The translations under genes and the position numbers were made by a program. A stretch of DNA of 59,246 nucleotides, the filler included, from Sphacelaria rigidula (lineage: Eukaryota), in NCBI GenBank assembly GCA_964200075.2. It is 10 parts of 10 records of this genome, joined end to end, with 100 filler letters (N's around TTAATTAATTAA, not from the genome) between each part and the next. Parts side by side here need not be neighbours in the genome. Positions count along the whole stretch, not along the records: positions 23,741 to 29,575 come from CAXNAA020024092.1; positions 29,676 to 35,510 come from CAXNAA020024093.1; positions 35,611 to 41,444 come from CAXNAA020024094.1; 7 more parts are not named here. One strand, given 5' to 3'. Below the pieces are notes generated by a model. The model had not been told where the DNA came from, did no database searches, and saw nothing but the letters and a program-made list of their open reading frames with translations. Positions within the stretch are counted from its first letter, which is position 1. The number at the start of each line of letters is the position of its first letter. Shown here piece by piece: positions 24,333 to 36,275 of this stretch.

Positions 24333-26050
24333 TCACAAAGAAATACCACACTCCGACGCTAACTTACTCGTCAGCACCCGAGTCAACCGCATTTTACGTA
24401 ATTCCGTCAAAACAAATCCAGGCGCAGAAGAATGAATCTTGCGAAGAGACCCCCACATACGTTTTTCAGCACCGAACCCTTCCCAATCGACCAAAACAAT
24501 CACATCACCATTGCCATCCTCAGCGACGTGCACCAATGCATTCATCCAACATTCACCTCGAGCATACGAATGCTGAAATACATTTTCTAGTTCCGCAGTG
24601 ATGTGCAACTGCGAGTCAGCATAGAACCGTAAACGAGCGTCATGGGCCGGGTGCACGGCGCCAGAAACAGTGCCCTGCACCGAATACACGTGAGTGTGAT
24701 CGGCTCCGACCACTCGCCCCGGACCTATCCACGTGGACATCAACTTTGGCACACCTTGCCTACGAACACGGACATACAATACGAAATCTCCAACTGCAAA
24801 CTTGGGCAACACAGCCTGGCCCTATACAAGCTTGCGTTAGGTTTCGCGAGACACCGCGACAGCAGCTTGCACTTCGTTACAAAACTGCACTTGCTCGTCA
24901 ACCACGCCTCGAACCTTGTCACGCAACGAATCAGCATCCATGACATAGACGCTCCACTCGCCGCCAGTGACAGAAGCCAGCGTAGAAAACGCTGTACGCG
25001 GCGCACGCCCAAACATCACACAATACGGGAGTCATGCCACGATAGGGGGGGGTGTTCGATTTCACGAAAAAATGGGCTCAGAGGTACGTCAGACGACCCA
25101 ACACACTCGCGGTGCGCTTGTATTTGGTTAAAAGCGATGTCGAACAGTAAGAATGAGCGTTGCAAATCGGGAGCAAGCGCGTTCGAAGTACTGTTGCTGC
25201 TATTAACGACGATTGCAAGTGGAACTTCGTGGAAGAAAACGGCCCAAAATACCCCCCCCCCCTATCGTACCATGACTCACGGAGTGTAACGGTAGCGTTC
25301 ACGAAAAGAAATTTTCAACGCCCACTGAGTGGCTGGTAAAACATCAACCCCTTCAGACACCGTCCGTCTTTGTTCCGACAAAATGGACCCCAACGCACGA
25401 ATAACCTTTTTCACCATGCGTTCATAAGCACCATTCGACCAAGGGGTATACGCAATAGAAAATTGGTGTTGCACCCCGAACGCATCGCTCAGTTGCGCGA
25501 TCACTCGATTCTTGAAGTGCGTGGCGGTATCACCAACCCGAACACGCAGCACCCTCAAAGTCTTGCACCATTGGAGCAAGTGCTTAGCCGTAAGCTCGGC
25601 GGTGCAAGCCTCGGTCGGCTAAAACAAAACGAAATTGGACAAATCATCCACGATGACCAAAACGTACCGAAAACCATCCTCCTCAGGCGAACCATTAGCA
25701 CCTTCAGGTCCGCTACTTATGACGTACAGAAAATCAAAGTGAACAACTTCACCTGGCGCAGTATCATACACAGTATCGCCATACGGATGAGATACAATTG
25801 CACCAGCACGAGTGTCTACACAATACAAACACTGTCGGACGAAATCGCGAATGTGGGAATCCATGTGAGGCCACACAGAGTATTTTCTCAAACGAAACGG
25901 AGTCGGCGCCACACCACGGTGACCAGCCGACCGCATGCGAGCGCACACCATCAAGCGAGCTTGGAGAGCCTTATCATCCGACGGAATTCACAAAACATGA
26001 CTACTACCAACACGCACGCGAAACAAACCATCGTCAGCCGTAGTAGCTTG
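24333..26050 (-). pseudogene. Gypsy integrase plus chromodomain (disrupted)
   Basis: Zn-binding region GHRG...WPHMDSHIRDFVRQCLYC; core VHFDFL, YVLVIVDDLSNF, GDTATHF, TPWSNGAYERM; GPY/F-like WIGPGRVV; chromodomain VLVDWEGFGAEKRMW. Confidence 0.9.
25029..25278. mobile_element. MITE with GAG...CTC termini and 4-bp TSD (Sola2-like)
   Basis: TIR GAGTCATGCCACGATAGGGGGGG / CCCCCCCTATCGTACCATGACTC; TSD ACGG at 25025-25028 and 25279-25282. Removal restores integrase YTPYCVMFGRAP. Confidence 0.9.
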
Positions 26051-26169
26051 ACGGAAGGTCGCAGGAAAAGAATGAACACCGTCGCCGACTGTTTTGCGCT
26101 GCGCGGTACGAATGACATTTAACGAGGGCAGCGAATCATCGGCATCACACGGGCTGTGCACGGCAACAG

Positions 26170-27620
26170 AACGAACGGGCACGGTAGAAACCTTCACCAA
26201 GCGAGACAACAAATCTCCCTAAACAGTGCGCTCTCCAGGAATATGTTCGCTGACATACCGATATTGTTGTGGGGCTCCCAGTAACTCCCGCATGTCTTCT
26301 TGGCTTGGCATCCCCTCCGGAGACTGTTTCACTTGCGCGTTCACCGCCTGATAGTCGCTGACCAAACGGACTGTGTCCCTCTTCGGCACCGCCATCGCCG
26401 GACTCGCCCACACAGCCTGAATATTCCCAACCAACAAACCAAATAACAGGGGATTCTATAAAATGAGGTTGGTCAATGAAATGAGGTTTGAGGAGGCTAG
26501 CCAGTATGCGACAAAAACCCGAGGGAAGTGCCGTCCGCAAGTGCCTTTGATCATTTTCGGGGGGGAGGGCGTACCCATTCGTTGCTTGCCTTAGTCGTTT
26601 GACTATTGACCTTTCGAGACGGGGCGGGGTCGATGGTCAAACGACTAAGGAAAGCAACAAGTGAGTACGCCCCACCCCCCCCGAAAATGATCGAAGGCAC
26701 TTGCGGACGGTACTTCCCTCGGTTTTTTGTCGCATACTGGCTAGCCTCCTCAAACCTCATTTCATTGATCAACCTCATTTTATAGAATCCCCTGTTAAAT
26801 GCCGCCAAAACTACGATGCATAAGGCAGACCACACGGGCTTCACCTGATCGCAGTGGCGAGGTTTGGCCTTCACCGCATTTCCCTGGAGCTTAAGCTGCA
26901 CCCTCATGGACTCAACGCGCGCTGGCGGATCACCACGCAGCGCACGGCGAAATGTATCTACGCGACGAGCCAAAATATCGCGCAGACAATGTGAGCCATG
27001 GGCGCTCAAGCCCTTCTGCTCGGCCTGCCGCACACTATCCTCAAGCGCACGTTCCCGTGCACATCTCTCCTCTGCTGCGTCCATGAATATATCAGGCCCC
27101 CGATCGATCAAGCGCTCTACCGCTTCATCAGCGGGAGCCTCCTCCTCATTGGCTCTCTGGAATGACCGTATGGATACGATCACACGCCTTGCAGCAAGGT
27201 AACAGGGGTTTCCCACGCCGGTTTGCACCGGCACACCACGCGGACGTAACTTCTCCAACGCCAGCGGATATAAATCAATCCCAAGCTCCTTCATCGTCGC
27301 CATCCTAGATAGAACCACGTTGTCCCTACCGGGCGTGACAGCTAAAGTAATGGGCTGCAACTGCACAGCCCCCCACAGCGTACGCACGCTAACAGTAATT
27401 GGCACCGTTTTGTGTGTAACCGTCACGGGAGCACCCGTGGCGGTCTGCGCCGTTTTTACGGTCCGTTTTCAAACGGAATTTGAAGCTGACCGCTGCCAAA
27501 CTGCGAAGACATTTGCTCTGACAACCCCACACCGATCGACGTGACCGCGGACCCAGAATCCAGAGTAACGCGGGCTATGAACGAACCTACGGAATCGAGC
27601 AAGACTGAATCTGCGCGTAA
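26170..27620 (-). pseudogene. Gypsy protease, RT N-terminus and RNaseH C-terminus (internally deleted pol)
   Basis: VTLDSGSAVTSIG (aspartic protease), then VWASPAMAVPKRDTVRLVSDYQAVN (RT N-terminus) joined directly to QYRYVSEHIPGERTV*GDLLSR (RNaseH end). No YxDD motif is present. Confidence 0.88.
26445..26796. mobile_element. 352-bp foldback element with 4-bp AAAT TSD (Sola1-like)
   Basis: Nearly the whole element is a palindrome (AACAGGGGATTCTATAAAATGAGG...CCTCATTTTATAGAATCCCCTGTT); AAAT at 26441-26444 and 26797-26800. Confidence 0.92.
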
Positions 27621-28118
27621 GCATTCACCCTTGCGATCGACAGGTACCACGCCTACCGAAGAACCCTGTTCTGTCCCAAGAGTCACCTGACGCCAGGGCT
27701 GCCCTCCAGCACTTGGCATCGATAGCTGCGAATCTTGGGTCCAACCAGACCAGGTCACCGAATGTGCAGACGGCGCTGTTACAGCCGTCGCAGCAGTAGG
27801 GAATGCACCAGACACGGATCCTGCCTCGCCGATGGGTTGCGAGCTATTCGCTCCAGCACTCCCCACCGGAGTATTTGCATTTCCCACGTACACTGTCCGC
27901 CCCGCTACGGACGAACCATAAGATCCAGAGTCACCACCTGATGACGCAGTGGAAAAAACAGCAGCGGAGGAACCACCATCCGCCGCCGATTGCTTGCTAC
28001 CGCGGCCGCCGCGCCCGCGTCCCTGATTGGCACGGCCCCGTCCACCGTGACGACTGTGCTAAGATCCCGATAAATCTCGTGCATTGCCCTGTGCCGCGCC
28101 TTGAGCGCGAGGCTTAGG

Positions 28119-28910
28119 GCAGTCCTTAATCATATGTCCGGTGTCGCCGCAGTTGTAACACGCGCGAGTGGACGACTCTCGCGAAGACGGCTATTGTTTC
28201 TGTTGGTGTTGGTGTTTGCGGCGCATACCACCTGCACTTGTTGCAGAGTCGCGCCGGCCATGTGCTTCAATAAACTTCCAGTGGTCGGCCGCCTCAATTT
28301 GTCTTTTGAACACCACCGTCGGGTTTTTTTTCCAGACGTCAACATACGTTAGTACACTTCTAACATACGCCTTGAATATCGGAGGCGAAATCCCGTCCAC
28401 CAAAGCTATGTACACCGACTCGGCCGGGCCAGGCAACCAACTCCTGTTCTCCGCACGATACATGGCTTGCACCATCAGGTTCTGTACGAAAACCAGTTCC
28501 ATATCTGAGCTAACCATCATAGCACGATCCTTCACGGACTTTCTATCGCTTTGCTTCATTGTAGGTACCTGACGCAGGTCTGCTGCAGCCCGCGTAGCGT
28601 CATGCTTTCCACCGGGCGTAGTATACCCGGCATGCTGCTTCACAGCATCAAGCGATTCGTCGGAGGTCATAGCCCGACCGTCCATGTACACGTCTTCGAA
28701 ACAGCGGTGAATGTAGGCAGGAATGAGTTGCCCTATGCTTACTCTTTCATGCCGAATAATGTCTTCGGTATTCGCTAGACTCCACCGCTGTATGTATTCA
28801 AGGTATCTTGCGAAAAACACGCGTGATGCCTCCTCGGTCCATACTTCACCATACTTTGGCGGCTGTAGTGGCTCACCTAAGACCAGCGGCGCTGCCGCCG
28901 CTTGAGCCAT
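28119..28910 (-). pseudogene. Gypsy gag with CCHC zinc knuckle
   Basis: The 239-aa ORF 28910-28191 is followed in the same frame, past one TAG, by CYNCGDTGHMIKDC (28160-28119). Confidence 0.88.
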
Positions 28911-29110
28911 GTCGTCTATGCTTCAAACGCTTCACGGAGGTACTCTTGCCTGACTTGTGCGTCCTCGAGCTCACGGAGCGTTCTCCCAATGCTGTGCGCT
29001 TCAGGCTGGTCTCCTCCTGTCTCCGGGCTTAACTGGCTCTTAGCTGCAGCCCAATCTCTCCTGAGCCAAAACTCCCCTAACAGAGTGCCGGAATAATAGT
29101 ATCTAGATAT

Positions 29111-29339
29111 TTTATCCTCTGCCAGACGATCTGGACCAGAGGACTATCCACGAGGGGCTCCTCCAGTAGCACTGGCCTCGAGCTCGACAAGCCCTTTCTT
29201 CTCACTTGTTATTACCACGGAGTGATCCTCAACAGACTACATCAAGAGCTAGACAGCAAGGGGCTACACAGATGAGGGTCATCAATCCAGGATCCCAGGT
29301 CCCTTGCCACTGCTCCAATCATGCATGCGATTATACTGA
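29111..29339 (-). repeat. 5' LTR of the Gypsy element (outer ~30 bp missing)
   Basis: Aligns without gaps to 23998-24226; homology stops abruptly at 29339. Confidence 0.85.
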
Positions 29340-29777
29340 TGTAATGCGTGAGAAGACCGCGTGCTTAGAGGACCGCGCCGTAGTTTAAAATACCTCAGAA
29401 TCGACGTTTCTCAAAACTAATCGGGTCAGTCCCTGCAGGTACCATGCCCCTGACCCTAACCCCAACACTGACACTAACCCTAATCCTTGTTCATGTGAAC
29501 AGGTACACTGAGTGAACATGCACACGTGCGGATAGAATGATGCGGACGTGCGGGTACTGGTAGTCGAGTGTGTGTNNNNNNNNNNNNNNNNNNNNNNNNN
29601 NNNNNNNNNNNNNNNNNNNTTAATTAATTAANNNNNNNNNNNNNNNNNNNNNNNNNNNNNNNNNNNNNNNNNNNNGAACGGTGCTCCGTCTCGAAAGGGA
29701 TGCGTGGTCAATGGTCAGACGACTAAGGCAAGCAACAAATGAGTACCCCCCCCCGCCCACAATCTGCTGCTACACAG

Positions 29778-32700
29778 GTGCCGTGCGGTGGGAAACAACG
29801 CCAGCGGCGACGCCAACTCTCCTCTTCTGCCGTTTCTTCTCGCCAACACTGTATCGTCTCATCACCCTAGGCCGGCAGTAGCAGCAGCATCATCCGCAAC
29901 AGCAGCAGGGATGCCCACTGCCACCTCTGCGCACACGCCTCCTTACACCATACCCATGAATCCCACGACCCGTGACTTCCTGCGGCTTGAAGACTTGGCG
30001 ATCTCCCACGCCCCCAAATTCACGGGGGCGCATTTTGTTGCTTTGGCAACAGCGCTACCGCTCCTCCGGTCGCTATCCGTGTCTAGTTGCAGAGGATTCC
30101 TTCGAGCTGCGGCGGCGTCGGCTTCACCCTTGGAGAATGATTACGCCAACGATGGTAGCAGGGGCGGTGGAGAAGAGCAGCACATCGCTGGGGCCGCGAC
30201 GGTCGAGGACACTGTTGCGTCGGCCGGGGGAGTCGCAGCAGCGCTGATGCGGGGAGACGGCAGTCAGGAGTCGTGCCCGGATCCCGAGGAAATCACGGTG
30301 GCGGGGGAATCACGAGCGTTGGGACCAGATCCTGAAGCGGATGATGGCCGCGGGTCGTGCAATGATGATGCCGGACCCATTGGTGACGGCGATGGTGACG
30401 GCGAACCTGCTGATACCGAACCTGGATCCGAGAAAAATGCTGCGATTGTGTTTCCAACTGCAGGCGATGAGGAAAAGAACAACTCGGTTTCGGGCAGCAG
30501 TGCCGGCGGCGGCGGTGGCCGCCATCGCCGCCGCCACGGCCGTCTCCACCGGGTCGAGAGTAATTGTAGCCCTGCGCGAGGCGATCCCGCTCCCGTAGGC
30601 TCCGGGGATGGTGGCCGCCGTGGGAAGGGTAACAAGCCAGAAAAGAAGGGTGGTCGGCGGCGCAAGATGGACGCCGCCGCAGCAGTAGTGGAGGAAGGAG
30701 GGAGGAAGGGAGAGGGCAACGGCGGCGGCGACAGCAGAGGTCGTGGAAAACGCGCGTGTGATGATGTTCCCGAGGGTTTCGATACGGAGGATGACGGCGG
30801 TGATGTGTGTCAGGGACTGGAGTTCACAGTCGATGGGAAGACCAGGGCTAAGCTGGAGCGATTGGCCGCTGCGCTTCCGAGGTGAGAGACCCTTGCGATT
30901 TGATCATAGAGAAGGCGTAATGTCTTTTTCGCTTCGCTTTTTCTTCACACGTGACAAGCCATCTCCTCTCTCCCCCCAATTAAAAAATTGCCGCTCGGCG
31001 GTTTGCCCAGGTATTTTGCCCAGGTATTCTGCGACAGGCTGATGGTTGCTGGGGTTCTCACTCCCAGTGGTACCCCTCCATGTTGCTGTGTGTGCTTCGG
31101 TGTATCGAAACAGTATCCCCTCACGTCGTTCCACTCCTTCCGCCCTGTTGTATGTTCTTGCGTCGTGCTTTGCGCTACAAGTGGTGGTGAATAGCAGGCA
31201 ACGGCTCATTCCCTGCGGCTCATTCCCTGCGTGCGTTTCTTTGACTGCCCACAGGGGTCGTGTGGTGCTTGTCATGCTTTTGTGTTACTCTTCATAAAGC
31301 TCCTCAAAAGGAGTGCGTAACTTGGGATCTCATGGGCCGGCCGCGTCTGTAGTAGACTGTTTGTCGTCTTCTCAAATATTTTGCTCGGTGTTTTTTTGTC
31401 CCTCTTCGTTTCGTAATAGAGAACCTGGTAAGAAGAGGCTGGGGCGACCCTCTTGCATACGCTTCCTTCAAGGGAAGTGCCCACACTCGCCTAGGGACTG
31501 TCACTGGGCCCACCTTCCGATGCATGTGAGCCTTCGTGGAAAAAGTACGATAATCGTATGATCTTGTTTCTTCTTTCTTCTTTTGTGTGCCTACTTCCCC
31601 CCCTCCCCATCTTTTCTAGTGTGGGCTTTTTGTGACGTTTCCGGGGTTGTCGTTGTAATTGTTGTTCCTATTCCACACCAGTGCAAAACATAGATCGGTC
31701 CTGGGGCAATTTATGTGCTCTGTATAATTTTTGCATGCTTCACATGCGCTAGCAATACTATTCCCTGTCACCGGCTGCTACAAGACATTTAAGAAGAGCA
31801 CACACGTTTTGTGCCGTTGACGTTGCTTACATCCGTGGGTACTCTTTTTCGCCTTGTCGCTCGTGCCTTCACCTCACACGTTTTTTCACGCGGCGCACAC
31901 ACTTGTCAGCTTTCACGGTCATGCCTTTTGCGGTTTTCACATAATCTCTTCCATCAACTAAATGAAGCACTCCTCGCATTTTTTGCATCTGGTACTGTAT
32001 CTCCCCCCTCCGCCCTCCGCGCGCTTGCTCCCTTCCTTTCTCTTCCTCGCTCTCGTCCGCCACCACTCCGTCCTTCACCATCTCTTGTGTTCATTCCCCA
32101 TATTGAACTCGCTCGCTCACGCCTGACAGCCCCCGAAGACCTTGAAGTTTAAACCGCTCGTCACCCACGCGCACGAACCATCATCATCGGCATCGGCGTC
32201 AGCAACGAACAAAGCAAAACTGTCCAAAACCCCAACCGGCACAAGTTCAGCTGCATCTGCACCTGCCGCTGCAGGCGGCCGCGGCGGCAGTAGTAGCGGT
32301 GCGATTACCACTACTGTCACATGTAGCGAGTCACGGAATTCGTCGGTGGGTGGCCACGGGTACGGAGGAGGTGTCACCGACGAAGAAGGCGCCGCTTTTC
32401 CGAGGTTACAGGTGAGCCATTTTTTTTTTTTTGTCCCTCCTCGCACGGCAATTGTTGTTTTGATGGGAGATGAATTGATCTCATAGCACGCAGCGCCATC
32501 TCTCACTCGCAATCTCGAGGTTACCGGTGTGAGGGTTTGTGTGTGTTCTTCATGTGTACCCCACGACACACCCACACGATGATGCCATCACTCACCCGGT
32601 AAACTCTTTTTGGATTGGTCACTTTGCCGCACAGTTCACTCTGAACGAAAGAATACATATCCTCGTGGGTCTCTTCTGTCACGGTTCCTCCGGATGTAGG

Positions 32701-35215
32701 ACAGAGCGCATCAATCCATCGACCAAGATTTCGTAAGAATCTGAGCGTGGACGGAGTGAGAGTATCTGCCCAATGGTACTGCCTTGCATAGATGAAGGAA
32801 CACCACCAGTTTGTGTGCAATGAACTGATCCTCATTTTCCGCATGTGCCCAGTTCTCAAGTCTGCCAACAAGAGATTTCCCAAGGTTGTGTTCTGTAGGG
32901 TATGGTCTTCTGTATACCCAGAGTATTTCCCCGGGTATTTACCGTACCCGACAGTTCTGTGACTTCTGTAAGACTTTCATGCCGGTACCTGACAGGTCTG
33001 TGATCTTTGTAAGACTTTCATACCCTTACCCGATAGTTATGTGAATTCTGCAAGACTCTCGTACCGTTACCGAGGGGCACGGGTACGCTCTTGATAAGAT
33101 ACTTGATTGCGGGTACGGTTTTTCTGTGCAACCTCCGTACCCTACCCGACAGTTTCTGTGAGTTCTGTAATTTCTGTAAGACTTTCATCCAGTACCGGTA
33201 CCCGACAGTTCTGTGAGCTCTGTAAGCCTCCCATACCCCTAGCCGGGATAAGGGTTTTTCCGTTATAGATATATCCCATCGCAGGTATGAGCACAGGTAT
33301 ATATACGTTGGGGAGCTACGGATACAGGTTCAATCCAAACACAACCTCATGACCTGAACATGTACCTCCCATCGATCAACTCACCCAACTCTTTTATTCA
33401 AAAGTGCACACAAGCAATAATTCAATGTTGAAGGGTTCTTTAGTTTGGGATCTGACGGGATACGAGGTACCGCTCAGTGGAAACACGAAACATGAGCAGC
33501 CCTGCAAACAGTCAGGATGGATCACCCCCAGACTCGAGTGGTGGCTCGAGCGGGGGTGGTCTGCGCCACCAGAGGATCAAGGAGCAAAACGCACGTCATC
33601 GACGTTGATGGTTGTGTCGTGGCCATCAACCCCTAGACTGTTATCGACATGTGCAGCACAGAATATAAGCTGCAACCGAAAGTCGTCAAGGCCGTCGACG
33701 ATTTTGTCGCGTGCCGTAGGGCTTCCAGAGAGCGGGCAGCCGTGAATGCTCCTTCATGTACTCTCTGGGAGTGTACGTGAAGCCGATAGATGTTGACAAT
33801 CCCGTGCACATGTTCTACTGCGATTGTTCGTGTAGTTTTTCTCTACTAACCCCGTAAAGCTGTTCAGAATTTTCGTGAATTGTCATCTGTATTTCGCCAC
33901 TGTTAGAGGTGACGTAGATCCCACCACAGGGGTGATGAGAATACCAAGATCGTGTTCTGTAGGGTACGGTTTTCTGTATACCATATGTCTTTGCCCGGAT
34001 ATTGACCGTACCCGACAGTTCTGTATTCTCTGTAAGACCTTCATACCCGTACCCGATAGTTATGTGAGTGCTGTAAGCCTCTCGTACCGTTACCGGGGGG
34101 CACGGGTGTGCTCTTGATAAGATACCCGGTTGCGGGTACGGTTTTCTTTGCAACCTCCATACCCTACCCGACAGCTTCTGTGAGTTCTGTAAGCCCTCCA
34201 TACCCTTACCTGACTGTTCTGTGAGTTCTGTACAAACCGTTACCCTAACCCGAGGGGTGGGTATGCCCTAGAAGAGTTACCTGATTGCCGGTACCGGTTT
34301 TCTATAAGCCTCTCATACCGTACCCGACAAGTTCTGTAATTTCTGTAAGACTTTCATACCGGTACCCGACAGTTTTGTAAGTTCTGTGAGGGATCTCATA
34401 CCCTACAGAACATACCTGTACCTTAAAGAACACAACCTTGAGATTATCAGTTGATGTAATCACCCTCTTGGTGACAAAATTAACCCAGAGGAATCGTTGC
34501 CACTTGCCCTGACTTTCGTTTTGTAGTTCACATGCAACGAAGAAGATCAATGGTTTGATTAAGAAGGCTGGGCATGAAGTTTGGTGACCTTGTCAGTACT
34601 CTCCGTGGATCAACCTACACGTGTGTGAGTGAAAAATGGATCACCGTCAATAGGGTTGCGCTATCCCAGTGGTTTACTTCGTGGCCAGAATCTATGACAT
34701 CCTCGTCGCAACACGAGCAACACTTCGCTTTTCATGGAATGGAATAACGACACTTATATTTATACTGCGTTGTATATTTGAGAGTTTTTGACAAAAAAAA
34801 AAGTGAATCAAATTAGGATGTACATTCGTCTTGTCTTTCTCAGTTTCCGGTGGAGTTCAGGTCCAACACTCGCGAACCCTGCTCTCAAACCCTGCCACGC
34901 CGAGAAACCGAACTGCCGTCTACTTTCCTACGCATAAACGCGCTCACATCGTATATGCATGCCCGGCGTGTGGTGAACACCAAGTTCCTGGACATCCACG
35001 ATTGCCCGCGGCTGAAAGAGCTTAACGGTCTGTGCTGCCCTGCCCTGGCCGTGGCGCGCATCACGTCGTGCCGAGAGCTGTGCTCTCTTGCACTCAACGC
35101 TCCCATGGCCAGCCGGCTCGATCTCAGCGGCTGCGTGAGGTTGGGGCCTTGGGAGCTGGGAAAAAATGGCGACGGAGGCGTCGGCGGTGTTGGCGGCAGC
35201 CTGTGTAATCTGCAG
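29778..35215 (+). CDS. Partial gene for a cysteine-containing leucine-rich repeat (FBXL/AMN1-like) protein
   Basis: Exons 29778-30881 (LRLEDLAISHAPKF...LPLLRSLSVSSCRGF), 32130-32411 and 34985-35215. The last junction gives FPRLQ|FLDIHDCPRLKEL (LxxLxLxxCxxL) and later RLDLSGCVRL. A phase mismatch between the first two exons implies one unlocated exon. Confidence 0.75.
32520..33945 (-). mobile_element. Possible highly decayed LINE RT in the LRR-gene intron, interrupted by the MITEs
   Basis: Minus-strand remnants HGCPLS, INVDDV and RFLRNLGRWID occur in the order expected for QGxxLS, YxDD and YLG; very degenerate. Confidence 0.3.
32881..33349. mobile_element. MITE built from tandem CCCGACAGTTCTGTGAGTTCTGTAAGAC motifs (copy 1)
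   Basis: Starts CAAGGTTGTGTTCT and ends ...ACACAACCTC; homologous to 33946-34440. Confidence 0.75.
33946..34440. mobile_element. MITE, same family (copy 2)
   Basis: TIR CAAGATCGTGTTCT / AGAACACAACCTTG; same internal tandem motif; TSD not evident. Confidence 0.75.
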
Positions 35216-36275
35216 GTGGGTAATGATGCGCAAAACCTCGCCGGCCTAGCTTTTGCCATATCGGCCATGTGTGCAAAAATTGAAGTTATCTTCGAAGAGC
35301 GTACTTCTTGCCCGTATGGTCTGTAGGTATATGTGTATTTGTTTCAACATGCAGCATGAGGAAGTGCGTCAAATGGATGGTATAGATTTTATGGGTGAAA
35401 ACTGGCAAAACTTATTGAAGCGTTAGTCGAGAACCCTGTGTGCTGTGACGGTTTAAGAGACAACCAACTAGACTACTGACCAGTCAGCGCTGACTGGCCA
35501 GTAGTCTAGTNNNNNNNNNNNNNNNNNNNNNNNNNNNNNNNNNNNNNNNNNNNNTTAATTAATTAANNNNNNNNNNNNNNNNNNNNNNNNNNNNNNNNNN
35601 NNNNNNNNNNTTACACTGAAGATGCTCCAACGACAGGAGTTTCAGAAGGCCAACGAGACTGAACAAGAAGTGTACATCCTGCGGCTCGCCAGGCAAGTGC
35701 ACCGCAGACAAATACACGCGAATTGTTCTCCTGTGATCGTTTTCTAGTCTTAGCATGTGCCGTTTGATCAGTTCCTCAACCCCCCCCCCCCTCCCCAACC
35801 CATTGGCCCCGTACATGTAGGGGTGGGTGACGTGGGATGCACCATATTGTTGAACTATGTCGATGACATAACGAGGGTCATACCGCACTCCCAGGAAGCG
35901 TCCAAGACGAGCTTAATGAGTGACACGTTAAAGTAAGGCGAGGACCGCAATGGTGGATCATTTGTGCCGCGATGAAGCGTCAGCTTTGTTCACAGCGCAT
36001 GTGGAGTTACCCAATAATAGATTTGTTCGCTTGGACTGTGCTGTGTCCGCAGATATCGTAGACACAGTAAGCGACGGAGACCACCGCTCTCCACCGCAAT
36101 CAATTTGATGGCTTTTGCACATGTGCTGCGGCTGCATTTGAGAACCAGATCGATGACATGAGGAATGAAACACAGGATGCTCGCCCTACCGTACTGTCAT
36201 ACATGAATGCACTCCATCATCATAGATTCCCATCCCCTACGCGCGCCGCATCTTACTTCCCTACCGTATCATCAG

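Larger units (their letters stand above)
23998..29339 (-). mobile_element. Ty3/Gypsy chromovirus-type LTR retrotransposon, non-autonomous and decayed
   Basis: Direct repeats 23998-24226 and 29111-29339 (about 19 mismatches in 229 bp by eye). Minus-strand order: gag, CCHC knuckle, protease (LDSG), RT N-terminus, RNaseH C-terminus, integrase, chromodomain. Contains stops, frameshifts and two TIR insertions. Confidence 0.95.

Noticed and set aside
24642..26122. Plus-strand ORFs of 215 and 250 aa
   Set aside because: Antisense shadows of the Gypsy integrase.
32881..34440. CRISPR-like repeat arrays (also 14021-14328 and 53558-53680)
   Set aside because: Repeats are degenerate or tandem without unique equal-length spacers, there are no cas genes, and the context is eukaryotic.
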